A DNA stretch of 64,000 bases from Narcine bancroftii (lineage: Eukaryota), in assembly GCF_036971445.1 (NCBI RefSeq), contig NC_091470.1, forward strand, positions 182,032,001 through 182,096,000, in the 5' to 3' direction. A model generated the notes under the pieces. The model had not been told where the DNA came from and made no database searches. It was given only the letters and a program-made list of their open reading frames with translations. The position numbers and the translations under genes were made by a program. Each line of letters begins with the position of its first letter. Position 1 is the first letter of the stretch. Positions 25,065 through 38,700 of this stretch are shown one piece after another.

Positions 25065-27964
25065 AGTGATTTGGTTAAGGTTAGTGAACTTGAGGCGCAA
25101 ATCGGTACCCATGCCTATGATTTGGTAGCCATCATGGAAACATGGCTACAAGGTGACCCTAAATGGGAATTAAACTTTCAAGGGTATCAGGTGATGCAAA
25201 GAGATAGACAGGATGGTAAGGGAGGTGGAGTTGCACTCTTAATCAAAGATGAGCTCCAGGTAGTAGTGAGGAATGATATAAGATCTAAAGAGCATAATGT
25301 TGAGTCCATTTGGGTAGAGATAAAGAATAACAAAGGGAAAAAATGATTGGTGGGTGTTATCTATCGCCCACCAAATAACAATAGTTTAGTGGCACAGGAA
25401 ATAAATAGAGAGATAAGTGAGGCATGTAATAATGATACGGCAGTAGTCATGGGAGACTTTAACTTCTACATAGATTGGGAAAATCAAGTTGGTCGTGGGA
25501 GTCTGGAAGAGGACTTCATAGAATGCATCCGCGATAGCTTTCTTGAGCAGCATATTAAGGAACCCACAAGAGAAAATGCTCTCCTGGATCTAGTGTTGTG
25601 CAATGAGATAGGTAGAGTAAATGATGTAATAGTCAGAGACCATCTGGGAAATAGCGATCATAGTATGATTGAATTTCTCATTCAGATGGAAGGGGAAATA
25701 TATTATGCTTAAACAGGGGTGACTACCATAGGATGAGGGAGGAATTGGGCAGAGTGGTCTGGGAGCACAGGCTAATTGATGAAACTGTTGAGGCTGGGAG
25801 CACAGGCTAATTGATGAAACAGTTGAGGAACAGTGGAAGATTTTCAAAGAAATATTTTGTAATGCTCAACAAAAATATATTCTGGTCAGGAAAAAGGGCA
25901 GCAAGGGAGGGAAAAATCAACCGTGGTTAACAAAGGAAATAAAGGAGAATATAAAATTGAAGGCACAGGTGTACAAAGCTGCAAAGAGCAGTGGGAAACT
26001 GGAAGATTGGGAAAACTTTAAGAGACAACAAGGGGTTACAAAGCGGGTAATAAGGAATGGGAAAAAGGATTATGAAAGTAAATTGGCACAAAATATAAAA
26101 ACAGAAAGCAAAAAATTTTATAAATATATAAAACGGAAGAGAGTGGCCAGAGTTAACATAGGACCCTTGGAGGATGAGAAAGGAAAACTGGCAGCAAAAA
26201 ATGAGGAAATGGCTGAGGCATTAAACAAATATTTTGTGTCAGTCTTCACGGTGGAAGACATGTCCAGCATGCCCAAGTGCGGAGTTAAGGATGCGAATGT
26301 TGGGGAGGGCCTTGATAAAATAGTTGTTACAAAGGAAGTAGTGATGGAGAAACTAATGGGACTAAAGCCAGACAAATCACCTGGTCCTGATGATATGCAT
26401 CCAAGGGTTCTGAAGGAAATGGCAGAAGTTATAGTTGATGCATTGGTGGTCATATACCAAAATTCCTTGGATTCTGGGTAGGTCCCGGCAGACTGGAAGA
26501 CAGCAAATGTCACGCCACTTTTTAAGAAGGGATGTAGGCAGAAGACTGGAAATTATCGGCCAATTAGCTTGACATCTGTAGTTGGAAAAATGCTTGAGCC
26601 GTCATTAAAGATGAAATAGTGAAACTTTTGGAACGTAAGGGTTCAATCAAGCAGACGCAGCATGGTTTTAGAAAGGGAAGATCTTGTTTGACAAACTTGT
26701 TAGGATTCTTTGAGGATATAATGGGTGCGGTGGATAGAGGGGAACAGGTTGATGTTGTATATTTGGATTTCCAGAAAGCGTTTGATAAGGTGCCACACAA
26801 GAGACTTATCAGTAAGTTACAAGAAAGTGGAGTCCAGGGAGGTATATTGGCCTGGATTGAAAATTGGTTGTCTGACAGGAGGCAGAGAGTCGGGATAAAT
26901 GGGAGTTTTTCAGGTTGGCAGAGAGTGGTAAGTGGGGTGCCGCAGGGGTCAGTGTTAGGCCCACAACTGTTCATCATTTACATTGATGACTTGGAGGAGG
27001 GGGCAAAATTTGGTGTAGCCAAGATTGCGGATGACACCAAATTGAGTGGAAGAGCAAATTGTAATGAGGATGTGGAGAGTCTGCAGAGGGATATAGTTAA
27101 GCTGGATGAGTGGGCAAAGGTCTGGCAGATGGAGTACAATGTTAGTAAGTGTGAGGTTATCCACTTTGGCAAGAAAAATAAAAGAGCTGAATATTATTTA
27201 AAGGGTGAAAAACTACAGCATGCTGTTGCGCAGAGGGACTTGGGAGTGCTTGTGCATGAATCGCAAAAAGTTAGGTTGCAGGTGCAGCAGGTTATTAAGA
27301 AGGCAAATGGAATGTTGGCCTTCATCGCTAGAGGAATTGAATTCAGGAGTAGGGAGGTAATGTTGCAACTGTATAAGGTACTGGTGAGACCGCACCTGGA
27401 GTACTGTGTCCAGTTCTGGTCTCCATATTTGAGGAAGGATATACTGGCTTTGGAGATGGTCCAGAGGAGGTTTACTAGGTTGATCCCTGGGATGAAGGGG
27501 TTGAATTATGATGAAAGATTAAATCATCTAGGATTGTATTCGCTCGAGTTCAGAAGAATGAGAGGAGATCTTATAGAAACATATAGGATTATGAAGGGTA
27601 TGGATAGGATAGATGTAGGAAGGTTTTTTGAGCTGGCCGGGGAAACTAAAACGAGAGGACACAGTCTCAATATTTGGGGGAGTAGATTTAGGACAGAGAT
27701 GAGGAAAAATAATTTTCCCAGAGATTAGTGAATGTTTGGAATTCTCTAACCAGGGAAGTGGTTGAGGCTGCCTCATTAAACATATTTAAAATTCGGATAG
27801 ATAAATTTTTACATGATAGAGGAATTAGGGGATATGGGGAGAAGGCAGGTAGGTGGAGTTACGTCATAAATTAGATCAGCTATGATCGTATTGAATGGCA
27901 GAGCAGGCTCGATGGGCCATTTTTGGCCTACTCCTGTTCCTACTTCCTATGTTCCTATGTTCCT
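25065..27964 (+). mobile_element. CR1 LINE, 5'-truncated ORF2 (APE endonuclease + RT) with 3' tail
   Basis: METWL, GGGVALLIK, YRPP, MGDFN, SDH; KSPGPDDMHPRVLKE, YLDFQKAFDKVPH, GVPQGSVLGP, IADD, VRPHLEYCVQFWSP. (TTCCTATG)n tail and TSD AGGACTC at 25058-25064 and 27965-27971. Confidence 0.95.
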
Positions 27965-28647
27965 AGGACTCGAATTGCTCTTTCAAAGCCATGTTCAGTC
28001 GCTACATTTCCTCATTCCAAATCCAGGGGGCGGGAAGTTCCAAGCCCCTGAGGGTACCCCTTGGGGTAATGAATGGGATTTGGCTGTGTGCGTCCCGGCT
28101 GCTTCCAACTGGTCTTGTGTGTGGGACGGGGCACGACACAGGGCAGAACATCAGAACTTTTCAAGTGGCTGTTCCGGGATTTACAAGGTTTCAATGTGAA
28201 GTTGAAATATTGGCATCCAGATTATTACCGAGAAAAGGTGAATGAAAAATAATTCTCATTATATAGTCCTGTGATACGAGCCCAGACGATACCCAAAACC
28301 AAATTTACCAAGTCACTTAATCAAAGGTTTGCTTTTAATTATGGGACGAGAGGGCATAGTCTAAGAAGACAGGGAAGGCCATTAAAGACATAGACGAGGA
28401 GAATTTTTTTTTTGACCCAGAGAGTTGTGGGTCTGTGGAGTGCATTGCCACAGAGGGTGGTGGGGGCAGATTCGCTGGATAGATTTTTGGATAAGGCTCT
28501 TGTGGGCAGGGGAAGTTAAGGGTTATGGGGATAAGGCTGGGATTAGTTATTGAAAGAGAAAGATCAGTCATGATCCGATAAATGGCGATGCTGACTTGAT
28601 GAGCCAATTGGCCGACTCCAGCACCTATTGTGTATTAAAGAAAACAA

Positions 28648-28878
28648 TGTAATAGTATGGAATCCTATCACCAATGCATATATTTGTATATATTTACATA
28701 TAGTAGTAGTGATTGGCTGAGAGCCGTAACCATGCCCACTGGCAGATCATAAAGAGCTGCTCCTAACCAGACCCAGGTCAGTCTGGACAAATCGACCTTG
28801 ATGTACTACATTCCAGTCTTTTGTTAATAAAAGCCTTGGTTTGAGTCAACAAGTCTTTGAGTCATTCGGCGCACTACA
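28648..28878 (+). mobile_element. Probable solo LTR (Gypsy-like)
   Basis: TGTAAT...ACTACA ends, internal ATTGG, ATAAAG and AATAAA elements, flanked by AACAA/AACAG. Confidence 0.5.
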
Positions 28879-29619
28879 AACAGGATCAAACTTTCTACTA
28901 TTAACTGAACTCCCTTCAAATTCTAAGCGCATGTGTATGTAATATGGGTGTGGGACCCCGTTACCACCACAGGGGCACCTTGCCATTTCTCCCCCTCTGT
29001 TGGTTGAGGGGCCTCCCCTCAGTGCCCGGTACACACCTGGGACAACTTACAGCGCCCAGGACGTTCGGGCAACAATGAGCAGAGCCAATAGGAGAGGGGT
29101 GGCCCGGGGGAAGGAGCTCCTGGAATGGGTCAGGAAGTTGGGAGGAGGCGTGCATGCGGCATCCTGAAGGGCAGTGGACAGAGATCCCGGGCACGGGGAA
29201 GCAGTTCATGGAGCTGGACATTGCCATTTTTCTCTCTTTCTCAGTGAGCCCACATTTTCCCCCCAGTTGCTTCTTTGTGAGAAGCAACTGTCTGGCTGCA
29301 GCCAAAATTTGGAACATTCCAAAGTGGGACATTCCAGAGTGTGAACTCTTAACTGTTGACCTGTTCTCCTCTCCCTGACCCTTCTTACCTCTTCTCCTCC
29401 CCTTACCCTTAGCTTTTTATTCAGGCAACCTGCCTGCTTTTTGGTCATTACCTTGATGAAGGATCCCCCTTACTTCCTCTGGATGCGGCATGACCTGCTG
29501 AGTTTTCCCACCGCGTTTGTGCATTGCATGAGACCTATTATTTCAATTTCTTGATTTTGACCTCTCAGCCACTGGGCACCAACTGGGCTAGAGCCACAAG
29601 CAAACGGGAACAATGCCAG

Positions 29620-29760
29620 CGCTGTGGCAGCCGCTAGTAGGGAGCCGCCGGGCCGAATGGAAACGCAGCTGCAGTTCCGCCATCCACCGGCCCCGCCAAG
29701 GGCGCTGCAGGCGAAGAGAAAAAAGAGACTCGGCGCATGCGCGGTGCTTCCACGGCGCTA
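29620..29760 (+). promoter_or_regulatory. HSD17B8 CpG-rich promoter
   Basis: CpG-rich, with NRF1-type palindrome GCGCATGCGC at 29733-29742 immediately before the ATG. Confidence 0.65.
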
Positions 29761-32700
29761 ATGGCGGTGGGGCGGGTGGTTACTGAGGGGCTGAGGCTGA
29801 GTTCGCGGCTGGCGCTGGTGACAGGTGATCGGCGCGCCGGGTGGGCAGCGGGATGGGAGGGGTTAGGAAGACGGATGTGGGGGGTGGGGGAGTGACCCGG
29901 ACTGTGGACAAACTGCGAGGTTGCGGGGGCAAAGGGCGAGTGATCGTGGAGCGTCTCCCGGCATGGTAGGGGCGGGGTCTGGGGCAGAGGGGCGGAGCCT
30001 GGGGAGAGGGTCAGGAACCGAGGGGCGGGGCCAGGTCCGAGGCAGAGAGGCGGGGCTGGGGGCTGAACCAAGGGGCGAGGCCTAGGGCAGGGAGAGGGGC
30101 AAGGCTTGGGGTAGAGGGGCGGGGCCTGGGCGAGAGGGTCTTGTTGGGAACAAGACTGGGGCTTGGGTAGTGGGGCGTGGCTTGGGTAGTGGGGCGGGGG
30201 CAGAACCAGTGGCCGGGGCCTGGACAAAGGGAGAGTGTGATGTTAGACAGGAAAGTCTGCAGACACTGTGATTGCAGTAAATACACCAAAGTGCTGCAAA
30301 TTTATTCGAGGGCTGCTGACCCTGAAGAGGTTCTCCTCTCTTCGAAGGGTCTTCTTTTAGAGGCTCTCTCACTGTTCCCCCTCTGCACTCCCTGCTGCTC
30401 TCCAAACTCGCTTCCACGTGCTCTTCTGAGCTATTTGCAGTCCTCAGCTTTTCTCTTCTGTCCTTCCTATCCATGTTTACCCTCGGCTGATGGCCAGTGC
30501 TCCTTCCCCCCACCCCTTCTTCTCTTTTCCATCCCCCTTTCCCACCCACCTTTTTTACTTCAGGCTCCTGTCCTTGTACCTTTTCTTTGGTGCACCTCTG
30601 TCACGGTGGCCAGTGGAGAGCTCGCCATATAACACGATCTTGGGAAGGCGATGGTCCTCCATTCTGGAGACGTGACCCATCCAGCGCAGCTGGATCTTCA
30701 GCAGCGTGGACTCGATGCTGTCGACCTCTGCCATCTCGAGTACTTCGACGTTAGGGGTGTAAGCGCTCCAATGGATGTTGAGGATGGAGCGGAGACAACG
30801 TTGGTGGAAGCATTCTAGGAGCCGTAGGTGGTGCCGGTAGAGGACCCATGATTCGGAGCCGAACAGGAGTGTGGGTATGACAACGGCTCTGTATACGCTT
30901 ATCTTTGTGAGGTTTTTCAGTTGGTTGTTTTTCCAGACTCTTTTGTGTGGTCTTCCAAAGGCGCTATTTGCCTTGGCGAGTCTGTTGTCTATCTCATTGT
31001 CGATCCTTGCATCTGATGAAATGGTGCAGCCGAGATAGGTAAACTGGTTGACCGTTTTGAGTTTTGTGTGCCCGATGGAGATGTAGGGGGGCTGGTAGTC
31101 ATGGTGGGGAGCTGGCTGATGGAGGACCTCAGTTTTCTTCAGGCTGACTTCCAGGCCAAACATTTTGGCAGTTTCCGCAAAGCAGGACGTCAAGCGCTGA
31201 AGAGCTGGCTCTGAATGGGCAACTAAAGCGGCATCATCTGCAAAGAGTAATTCACGGACAAGTTTCTCTTGTGTCTTGGTGTGAGCTTGCAGGCGCCTCA
31301 GATTGAAGAGACTGCCATCCGTGCGGTACCGGATGTAAACAGCGTCTTCATTGTTGGGGTCTTTCATGGCTTGGTTCAGCATCATGCTGAAGAAGATTGA
31401 AAAGAGGGTTGGTGCGAGAACACAGCCTTGCTTCACGCCATTGTTAATGGAGAAGGGTTCAGGGAGCTCATTGCTGTATCTGACCCGACCTTGTTGGTTT
31501 TCGTGCAGTTGGATAAAGGTCTCAGGCCTGAAACGTTGGCTACCCTTCGCTGTGTGGCCTGCTGAATTTACCCAGGACCTTTGGTTGGTGCTGCAGATAC
31601 AGCGACACTTTTACAGTGCCAGAGATTGAGACCGGGGTTTGAATCCGGCACTGTTTGCTTGCTCTTGTTTCCTCCCACTGTTCAAATCGTGCTGGGGGGG
31701 TGGGGGTTGTAGGTCAATTGGGCGGAATGGTCTCTTGGCCCAAGAGGGCCTGTTAGCATGCTGTATGTCTAAATAAGTAAAAATAAATTTACTTGCAGGT
31801 GGCGGGAGCGGGATTGGGCGAGCAGTCTGCCAGCAGTTCGCCAGTGAGGGGGCCACAGTGGCAGTGGCAGACATTGATGAAGATTCGGCTGAGGAAACGC
31901 TGAAGAGCCTGCCTTGTGATGAACAGCAGCACTCTGTGTTCCTGACTGATGTGACGTCTCCCCAGAGTGTCCACAGCCTTGTGGCTTCGATACAGGTAGG
32001 AGAATGACTGGCCTTAGGAGCTCAACAGGCATTCATTGGCCTGAGGAACCACGAACGGAACCCAAGCATGAAGCGTAATAATAACTAATCGTAGTGATGA
32101 GATTATTGGCATAGACATTGTACAATGTACAGACATTCTTGCTTGCTGCAGTTACTTTATGAAAAAAAAACCCACTGTTTACAATTTATATTAATGATTT
32201 GGATTGTGGTATAAGTGGTTTTGTGGCCAAATTTGCGGATGACACCAAGATTGGTGGCGGAGCAGGAAGTGTAGTAGAAACTGTAAAGTTGCAGAAGGAT
32301 ATAGACAGATTAAGAGACTGGGCAAAATTATGGCAGATGAGATTCAATATAGAGAAATGTACAGTTGTACACTTTGGCAGTGAAAACAAACAGGCAGAAT
32401 ACTATTTGGATGGGGTGAAAATTCAGACCTTGGATGTGCAAAGGGAACTGGGTGTCCTCATGCAGGGAAACCTAAAAGTTAATGACCAGGTGAAATTGGT
32501 CATGAAGAAATCGAATGCTATGTTGGCATTAATTTCAAGAGGAATAGTGTACAAAAGTAAAGAGTTGTTGATGAGGCTCTATGGGAGACTGGTGAGACCT
32601 CATTTGGAGAACTGTGTACAGTTTTGGGCCCCCTATCTTAGAAAGGATGTGATGTTGTTGGAGAGGGTGCAGAGGAGATTTACTAGGATGATTCCCGGAA

Positions 32701-35700
32701 TGCAAAGGCTAATGTACGAGGAGCGTTTGGCAGCTTTTGGGTTGGAGTCTAGGAGAATGAGAGGAGATCTCATCGAGGCTTTTCGTATTTTGAAAGGTTT
32801 AGATAGGATGGATGTGGGTAAGATGTTTCCCTTGGTGGGTGAATCGAGGACAAGGTGGGGGGGGGTCATCGTCTGAAAATTAGAGGCTATCCATATAAAA
32901 CAAAGATTAGGAAGAACTTCTTCAGCCAGAGGGTTGTGGATCTGTGGAACTCGCTGCCGCATACAGCAGTGGAAGCCAGGTCTCTGGGAGTACTTAAACA
33001 AGAAATAGACAAGTATCTTGTTAGTGAAGGCATCAAGGGATATGGGAAAAAGGCCGGAAATTGGAACTAGGGTAGAGTAGCTTAGTGCATTTTTACAGAA
33101 CAGACTCGATGGGCCGAGTGGCCTGCTTCTGTTCCTTTGACGTGATCTTGTGAAAACTAACTAAGATCCAGGCTAACTACAAACTTCAGGGACATTGCCT
33201 TATTTTCCATCTGAGTACTCTCCAATCAGACACCATTAACATCGACTGCTTCAGTTTCCATTAAGACCAAAAGACATAGGAGCAGAAATAGGCCATTCAG
33301 CCCATGGAGTCCGTCCTGCCATTTAATCGTGAGCTGATCCTTTTCCCCACTGCCCGGCCTTTCTCCCGTAACCTTTGATCCCCTGGCTAGTCAGGAACCT
33401 GCCTTTAACTACACCCAATGACCTGACCTCCGCAACCGCCTGTAGGCCACAAAGACAATATATTTACCGCCCTCTGGCTGAGGGAATTCCTCCACATTTC
33501 CGCTCTAAGCATCACGCCCTTCAATCCTGACGTTGTGCCCTCTTGTCCTGGACTCTCCTAGCGTGGGAAACAACTTTTCCACATCTGGGTTGGTACCGTT
33601 GGCGTAGCGGTTAGCGCAAAGCCCTTTATGGTGCCTGAGGTTGGGACCGGGATTCAAATGCTGACCTGTTTGTAAGGAGTTTGTATGTTCTCCCAATGTC
33701 TACGTGTGTGGGTTTTCCCGGGAGGCGGTGGGGGCTCCGGTTTCCTCCATTGTTCGAAACGTACCAGCATTGTAGGTTAATTGGGTGTAAATTTGGCGGC
33801 ACGGACTCGTGGGCCGAAATTGCCTGTTACCTTATGTCTACATTTTAAAAAAAAATGTAAACTTTAAATCCACCTTATCCATGCCTTCCAATGATCCATG
33901 GGATTCCCCTCTCATGCTTCTAAATTCCAACAAGAAGGGTATGAGAACTGTCAAACGCTCCTCATATATAATAGATTAATTCCGGAATCATCTTTGTGAA
34001 CCTCCTCTGATCACTTTTCAACGTTAGCACATCCTTTCTTAAATGAGGAGCCCAAAACTGCTCACAGTACTCTGAGTGAGGTCTTAACCAGTGCCTTATA
34101 AAGTCCCAACATCACGTCCCTGTTCTTGTATTCTGTTCCCGAGTCTCTCACTTTCCCTACCCCTCTGTCTCCTCTCCTCCAGCTCCCTCTCTCCTATCAG
34201 AGAGTGAACTTCTTCCCAATCGCTTCTACTCTCCCACCTACTCTCCCCCACCCCCTCACTCCTCCCACCCACTCCTCTCCTCGTCCCCTCTCCCCCTACC
34301 TTTTTGTTCAGGCCCCTGCCCGTTTCTGATGAGACTAGACGAAGGGCCCAAGTACAAAACAATTGTTATCCTTTGATTTGTATGGATATTGCTTGACCAT
34401 CACGAGTTTCTCCAGCACCTTTATTGTATTGTGTAAGAGACAATGAAAATGCTCCCATACTTACTGGTGTAATAGTCAATCCCGTGTAATAGTTTCGGCC
34501 CCCTCCCCATTTTTTAGCCGAAATATTGTGTGTAAAAGTCCACCCCTCCACCTACTTTTGTCCATCCAAACTCCCGCTGCCCCGACCACCCGCCATCCAA
34601 GCTCCTGACGCTCTGCAAGTGTGGTTCCCCACTCTGGGCACCCGCCCATCCGAGCTCTTGATGCCCGTACCGTCTGCTCCCTGCCATCTGAGCTCCTGAC
34701 ACCTCAAACGATAGCACTTACCGTGGTGAAAAGTAGTATCTGTGTTAAAGTTGACCCCCCCCAAAATTTGACCCAAATAATTGGTCCCCAAAACTCTACT
34801 ATTATACTAGTAGATACAAGAAAGTCTGCAGATACTGGGGTCGAGCGCAGTACACAAATAAGCTGGAGAAACTCGGCAGATCACGCAGCATCAATAGGAG
34901 GTGAAGGATCACCAATGTTTCAGGCCTGGTCCCTGATGAAGCATGATAGCATGCTTAATTTCATTAAAAAGAGACCACAAATGCAAAAAAAAAAAAACAA
35001 GATGTAGGTAAGATTGTACAAGTACAACCAGCGTTCTCAGGTCCTTGGTGCAAAACACGCAGATTAAAATGAATATCGCGTCCAGCGGGTCAGACAGCAT
35101 CCAAGCATAGAAATGGTCAGTCAATGCTTTGGAGCAGGACCTTTTTGAGACGCTCTGTTTGCAGGTCTGGCTGGACTTATACCTGCAGCATTGTGTCCGC
35201 CCAATACTGGATCTAGCCGATGCAACAGTCGCAAACCTTGTCTCGGTTTATCACAGCAAGCACCTGCAATGGAGCAAATCCCGGGCTGAGAGAAGGCACA
35301 GTGGACCAGGAAGAGCCATCACAATCCTGAGGTTGGATCAAAGGCTTACTGCACTTTTTCACTGAGCTGGGGATTTGGGGAGACTTACTCAAGACAGGCA
35401 AGCAAGCAACACTTCCTGATGCAGTGGATAAATGCAAAACAATTAAAATTTTAAATTTAGAAATACAGAATAGTAATAGGCTCTTGGGGGCCATGAGCCC
35501 ATGCTGACCAATTTACACCCAATTGACTATGACCCCCCCCCCCCCACCAACCCTACACCCACACAAACACAGGGAGAATGTACCAAGTCCTTACAGACAG
35601 CATGGGATTTGAACCCCGGTCTCAATTGCTGGTGCTGTAACAACATTGCACTAACCGTGTTGTTGCTGGAATCTCGAGTGAACAGAGAGAAGATGGAAAA

Positions 35701-38700
35701 GAATCTCAGGGATGTATGTGACGCCATGAGTTTTCTTTGAAGATGGGGAGGATTTGGAAGAGCAGGGAGCGTCCATGGAGAGTAATGGTCAGCCATTGTG
35801 TCCAGTGCGATGCACCAATGTGCTGGAGAAACCCAGCAGGTCATGGAGCATCCACAGGAAGTAAAGGGTAACCAACGTTTCAGGTCTGGGCTCTTTGCTG
35901 GGGAAAAGAGAAAAGCAGGTAGGCACCTGAATAAAGAGGTGGGGAGGGGAGGGAGGAGCACAGATTAACTGGTAAAACGTGATAGGTGTCTACAGGTGGG
36001 ACAGTCAAAGAGAGGAAAGTGATGGAGGGAGTGAGTACCTCTCTGATTAGAGAAGGGAAGGTGGGTGGGATTTGGAGGAAAGGAAACAGAAGGTTAGGGA
36101 AAGGAAAAGACTTGAGGACGAGGTTTGATGGAAATTGGTGAAGACTATATTAATGACATCTGGTTGGAGAATGCCCAGACCGAATATAAGGTGTCGATGT
36201 TTCACGTCCAGACCCTTTGAGTGATTTGTGGGCCCTTTAAGACTGACGATTTCTCTCTGTGGATGTTGCCAGGCCTGCTGGTTGGAGCAGATTATCTGTG
36301 GATAAAGGCACACCAAGGCCTTGGGCTTACTGGGGAACAGTGAGGATTGGTAGACTGGATGGTTGAGATCGCTGTTGTTTGGCTTAGTGGTCTGTGTCCA
36401 TAAACTACAAGGCCATGAGATGTAGGAGCAGAAATTAGCTATTCATCCCCTCGAGACTGCCCCACTATTTAATCATAAGGAGATCCATTTTCCCACACAG
36501 TCCCACTGCCTGGCCCTCTCCCCATAACCTGGTCTCTACAACCACCTGTGGCAACAAATTCCACTGATTCACCACCCTCTGGCAGAAAATCGTCCTCAGT
36601 TCTAAGCGTACACCCTTCAATCCTGAAGTTGTGCCCTCTTGTCCTAGACTCTCCCACCATGGGAAACAACCTTTCTGCATCTACCCTGTCCACGCCTTTC
36701 ACTGTTCGAAATGTTTCAATGTGATTCGCCCTCATTTCCCCTAAGTTCCAACAAATCCAGGCCAAGAGCTGTCAAACACTCATTCCTGGAATCATCCTTG
36801 TGAACCTCCTCTGAACTCTCCAATGTCAGCCCACTCACCATACTCCCTGAGGTCTCACTAATCCCTTGTAAATTCTCGGCATTCCCTGCTCATGTATTCT
36901 GTTCCTCTTGAAATAAACTTGATAATCCTGTTGTAGCTCTCCCTCTTGCTGTTTCTCTTTCAGACACAGTTTTCCCGACCTCCCAGTATAGTGGTGAACT
37001 GTGCCGGAATCACCATGGACAGCTTACTTCTGAAGATGGAAGCTGAGACCTTCGAACGAGTGCTGAGGGTTAACTTGATGGTGCGTGGCTTTTGCATATT
37101 TTCCCCAATATAATTTCTCCAGCCTTGGACTAGAGCAGTGGTTCTCAACCTTTTTTTTCCTACTCACATCCCCTTTTAAGTAATCCCTATGCCATCGGTG
37201 CTCTGTAAGGGATTGCCTCACGTGGTAAGTGAGTGGGAAGGGAAGGTTGAGAATCCCTGCTCTAGACCCAATTGTTACTGAAATATTTTGCTTGAGAAAA
37301 ATGGTCATTGGCCCATTACATTTGGAGTCAATTAGGTACGATTAAAACAGTGATTTTCAAACTTTTTTCTTTCCACTTAAGCAATCCTCAGAGCACCTAG
37401 GGAATACTAGGATGTGAGTGGAAAATAAAAGGTTGAGAACCACTATAGTTAAATTCCCCTTTTACTTATTAGTATTAATAATGAAAAATAATAATAAAAA
37501 AATAATAATATATATTTTCTTCTTACTAATCTACTTCTGAGGTTAATGTGGAACGCTAACCTCTGTTTGAGGATGTGAGGATGGTTGCCAGACATTTGCA
37601 AAAAGGACATTGATGGAGGTGCAGAAGCTGAGAAGCGGCAGATTGAGTTTATCCTAGAAAAGTTGAAGTGGTTCATTTCGATGGGTTGAATTTAAAGGCA
37701 GATTACAGTATTAATGGGAGGACTCTAAGCTGTATGGGCAAACTGAGTGCTCTTGGGATCCGTGCCCACAGGACACTCAAAGCTTAAAATTAATAAAAAA
37801 TAAAATTAAAATTAATAAATAAAGTTTCGAAAAAAAAAAAGCTGCTGCACAGGTTGGTAGTGTTGTTGAGTAGGCGTTATGGCATGTGACCATGGGATTG
37901 AGTTCAGGAGCCGAGAGGTCATGTTGCAGCTATATGAGACCTTGGTTAGACCCCACAGAACTGTGCCCAGTTCTGGTCACCTCACCATAGGAAGGATGTG
38001 GCTGCTGTTGAGAGGGGGCAGAGGAGATTTAACAGGACACTGCCTGGATTGGAGAGCAGCCCTCCTGAGGATAGGTTGAGTGACCTTGGAGCGGCGGAGG
38101 ATGAGGGGTGACCTGATAGAGGTGGACAAGATGGATAATGAGAGGCATTGATCGAGTGGCTCGTCAGAGGCTTTCTTTCACCAGGGCTGAAATGGCCAAT
38201 ATGAGGGGGAATAATTTTTAAGATGCCTGGGAGTAAGTACAGGGGCAATGTAAGAGGTAGGTTTTTCATGCAGAGATTGATGGGCGCATGGAATGCGCTG
38301 CTGGCAACAGTGGTGGAGGCAGGGACAATAAGATCTTTTTAAGAGAGTATGTGGAACTGAAAAAAAATGGAGGTTTATATTGGTAGGGAAATTTAAGAGT
38401 AGGTCATTGGGTCGGCACAACATTGGGCCGAAGGGCCTCCATTGCGCTAGAGATTTGTATATTCTGTGTTAATCTGGAACATACAGTAAGTGGTGAATGC
38501 AGGCTCAATTTTAACATTTAAGATAAGTTTGGAGGTACATGGATAGGAGGGTATGGGCTGGGTGCAGCTCAGTGGGATAAGGCAGGATAATAGTTTGGCA
38601 CAGACTAGAAGGGCCAAAGGGACTTGTTTCCTGTGCTGTCATGGAAAACTAACCTCTGTCCCCGTTGCCTGCTCCTCTCCACTGTGTGTACCCCTCCCGC

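Larger units (their letters stand above)
15557..27992 (-). pseudogene. TRIM (RING-B-box-coiled coil-B30.2/PRYSPRY) pseudogene; pieces 27965-27992, 24747-25064, 22620-22687, 22426-22521, about 17938-17962, 15557-16144
   Basis: Reassembled: [41 protein letters not shown]..(stop)..CLVCQDS.EHKTHNFMPIEEGVEMYK | ELVKSSLETLTEKK.. | ..EMHDVINP | SVTLDEDTAHPYLELSED..GRHYWEVEV..VGVYLSYEAGTISFY..EKLYPFF. Lesions: deletion in the first RING Cys pair, in-frame stop at 24861, frameshift near 16060, and three large TE insertions. Confidence 0.88.
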
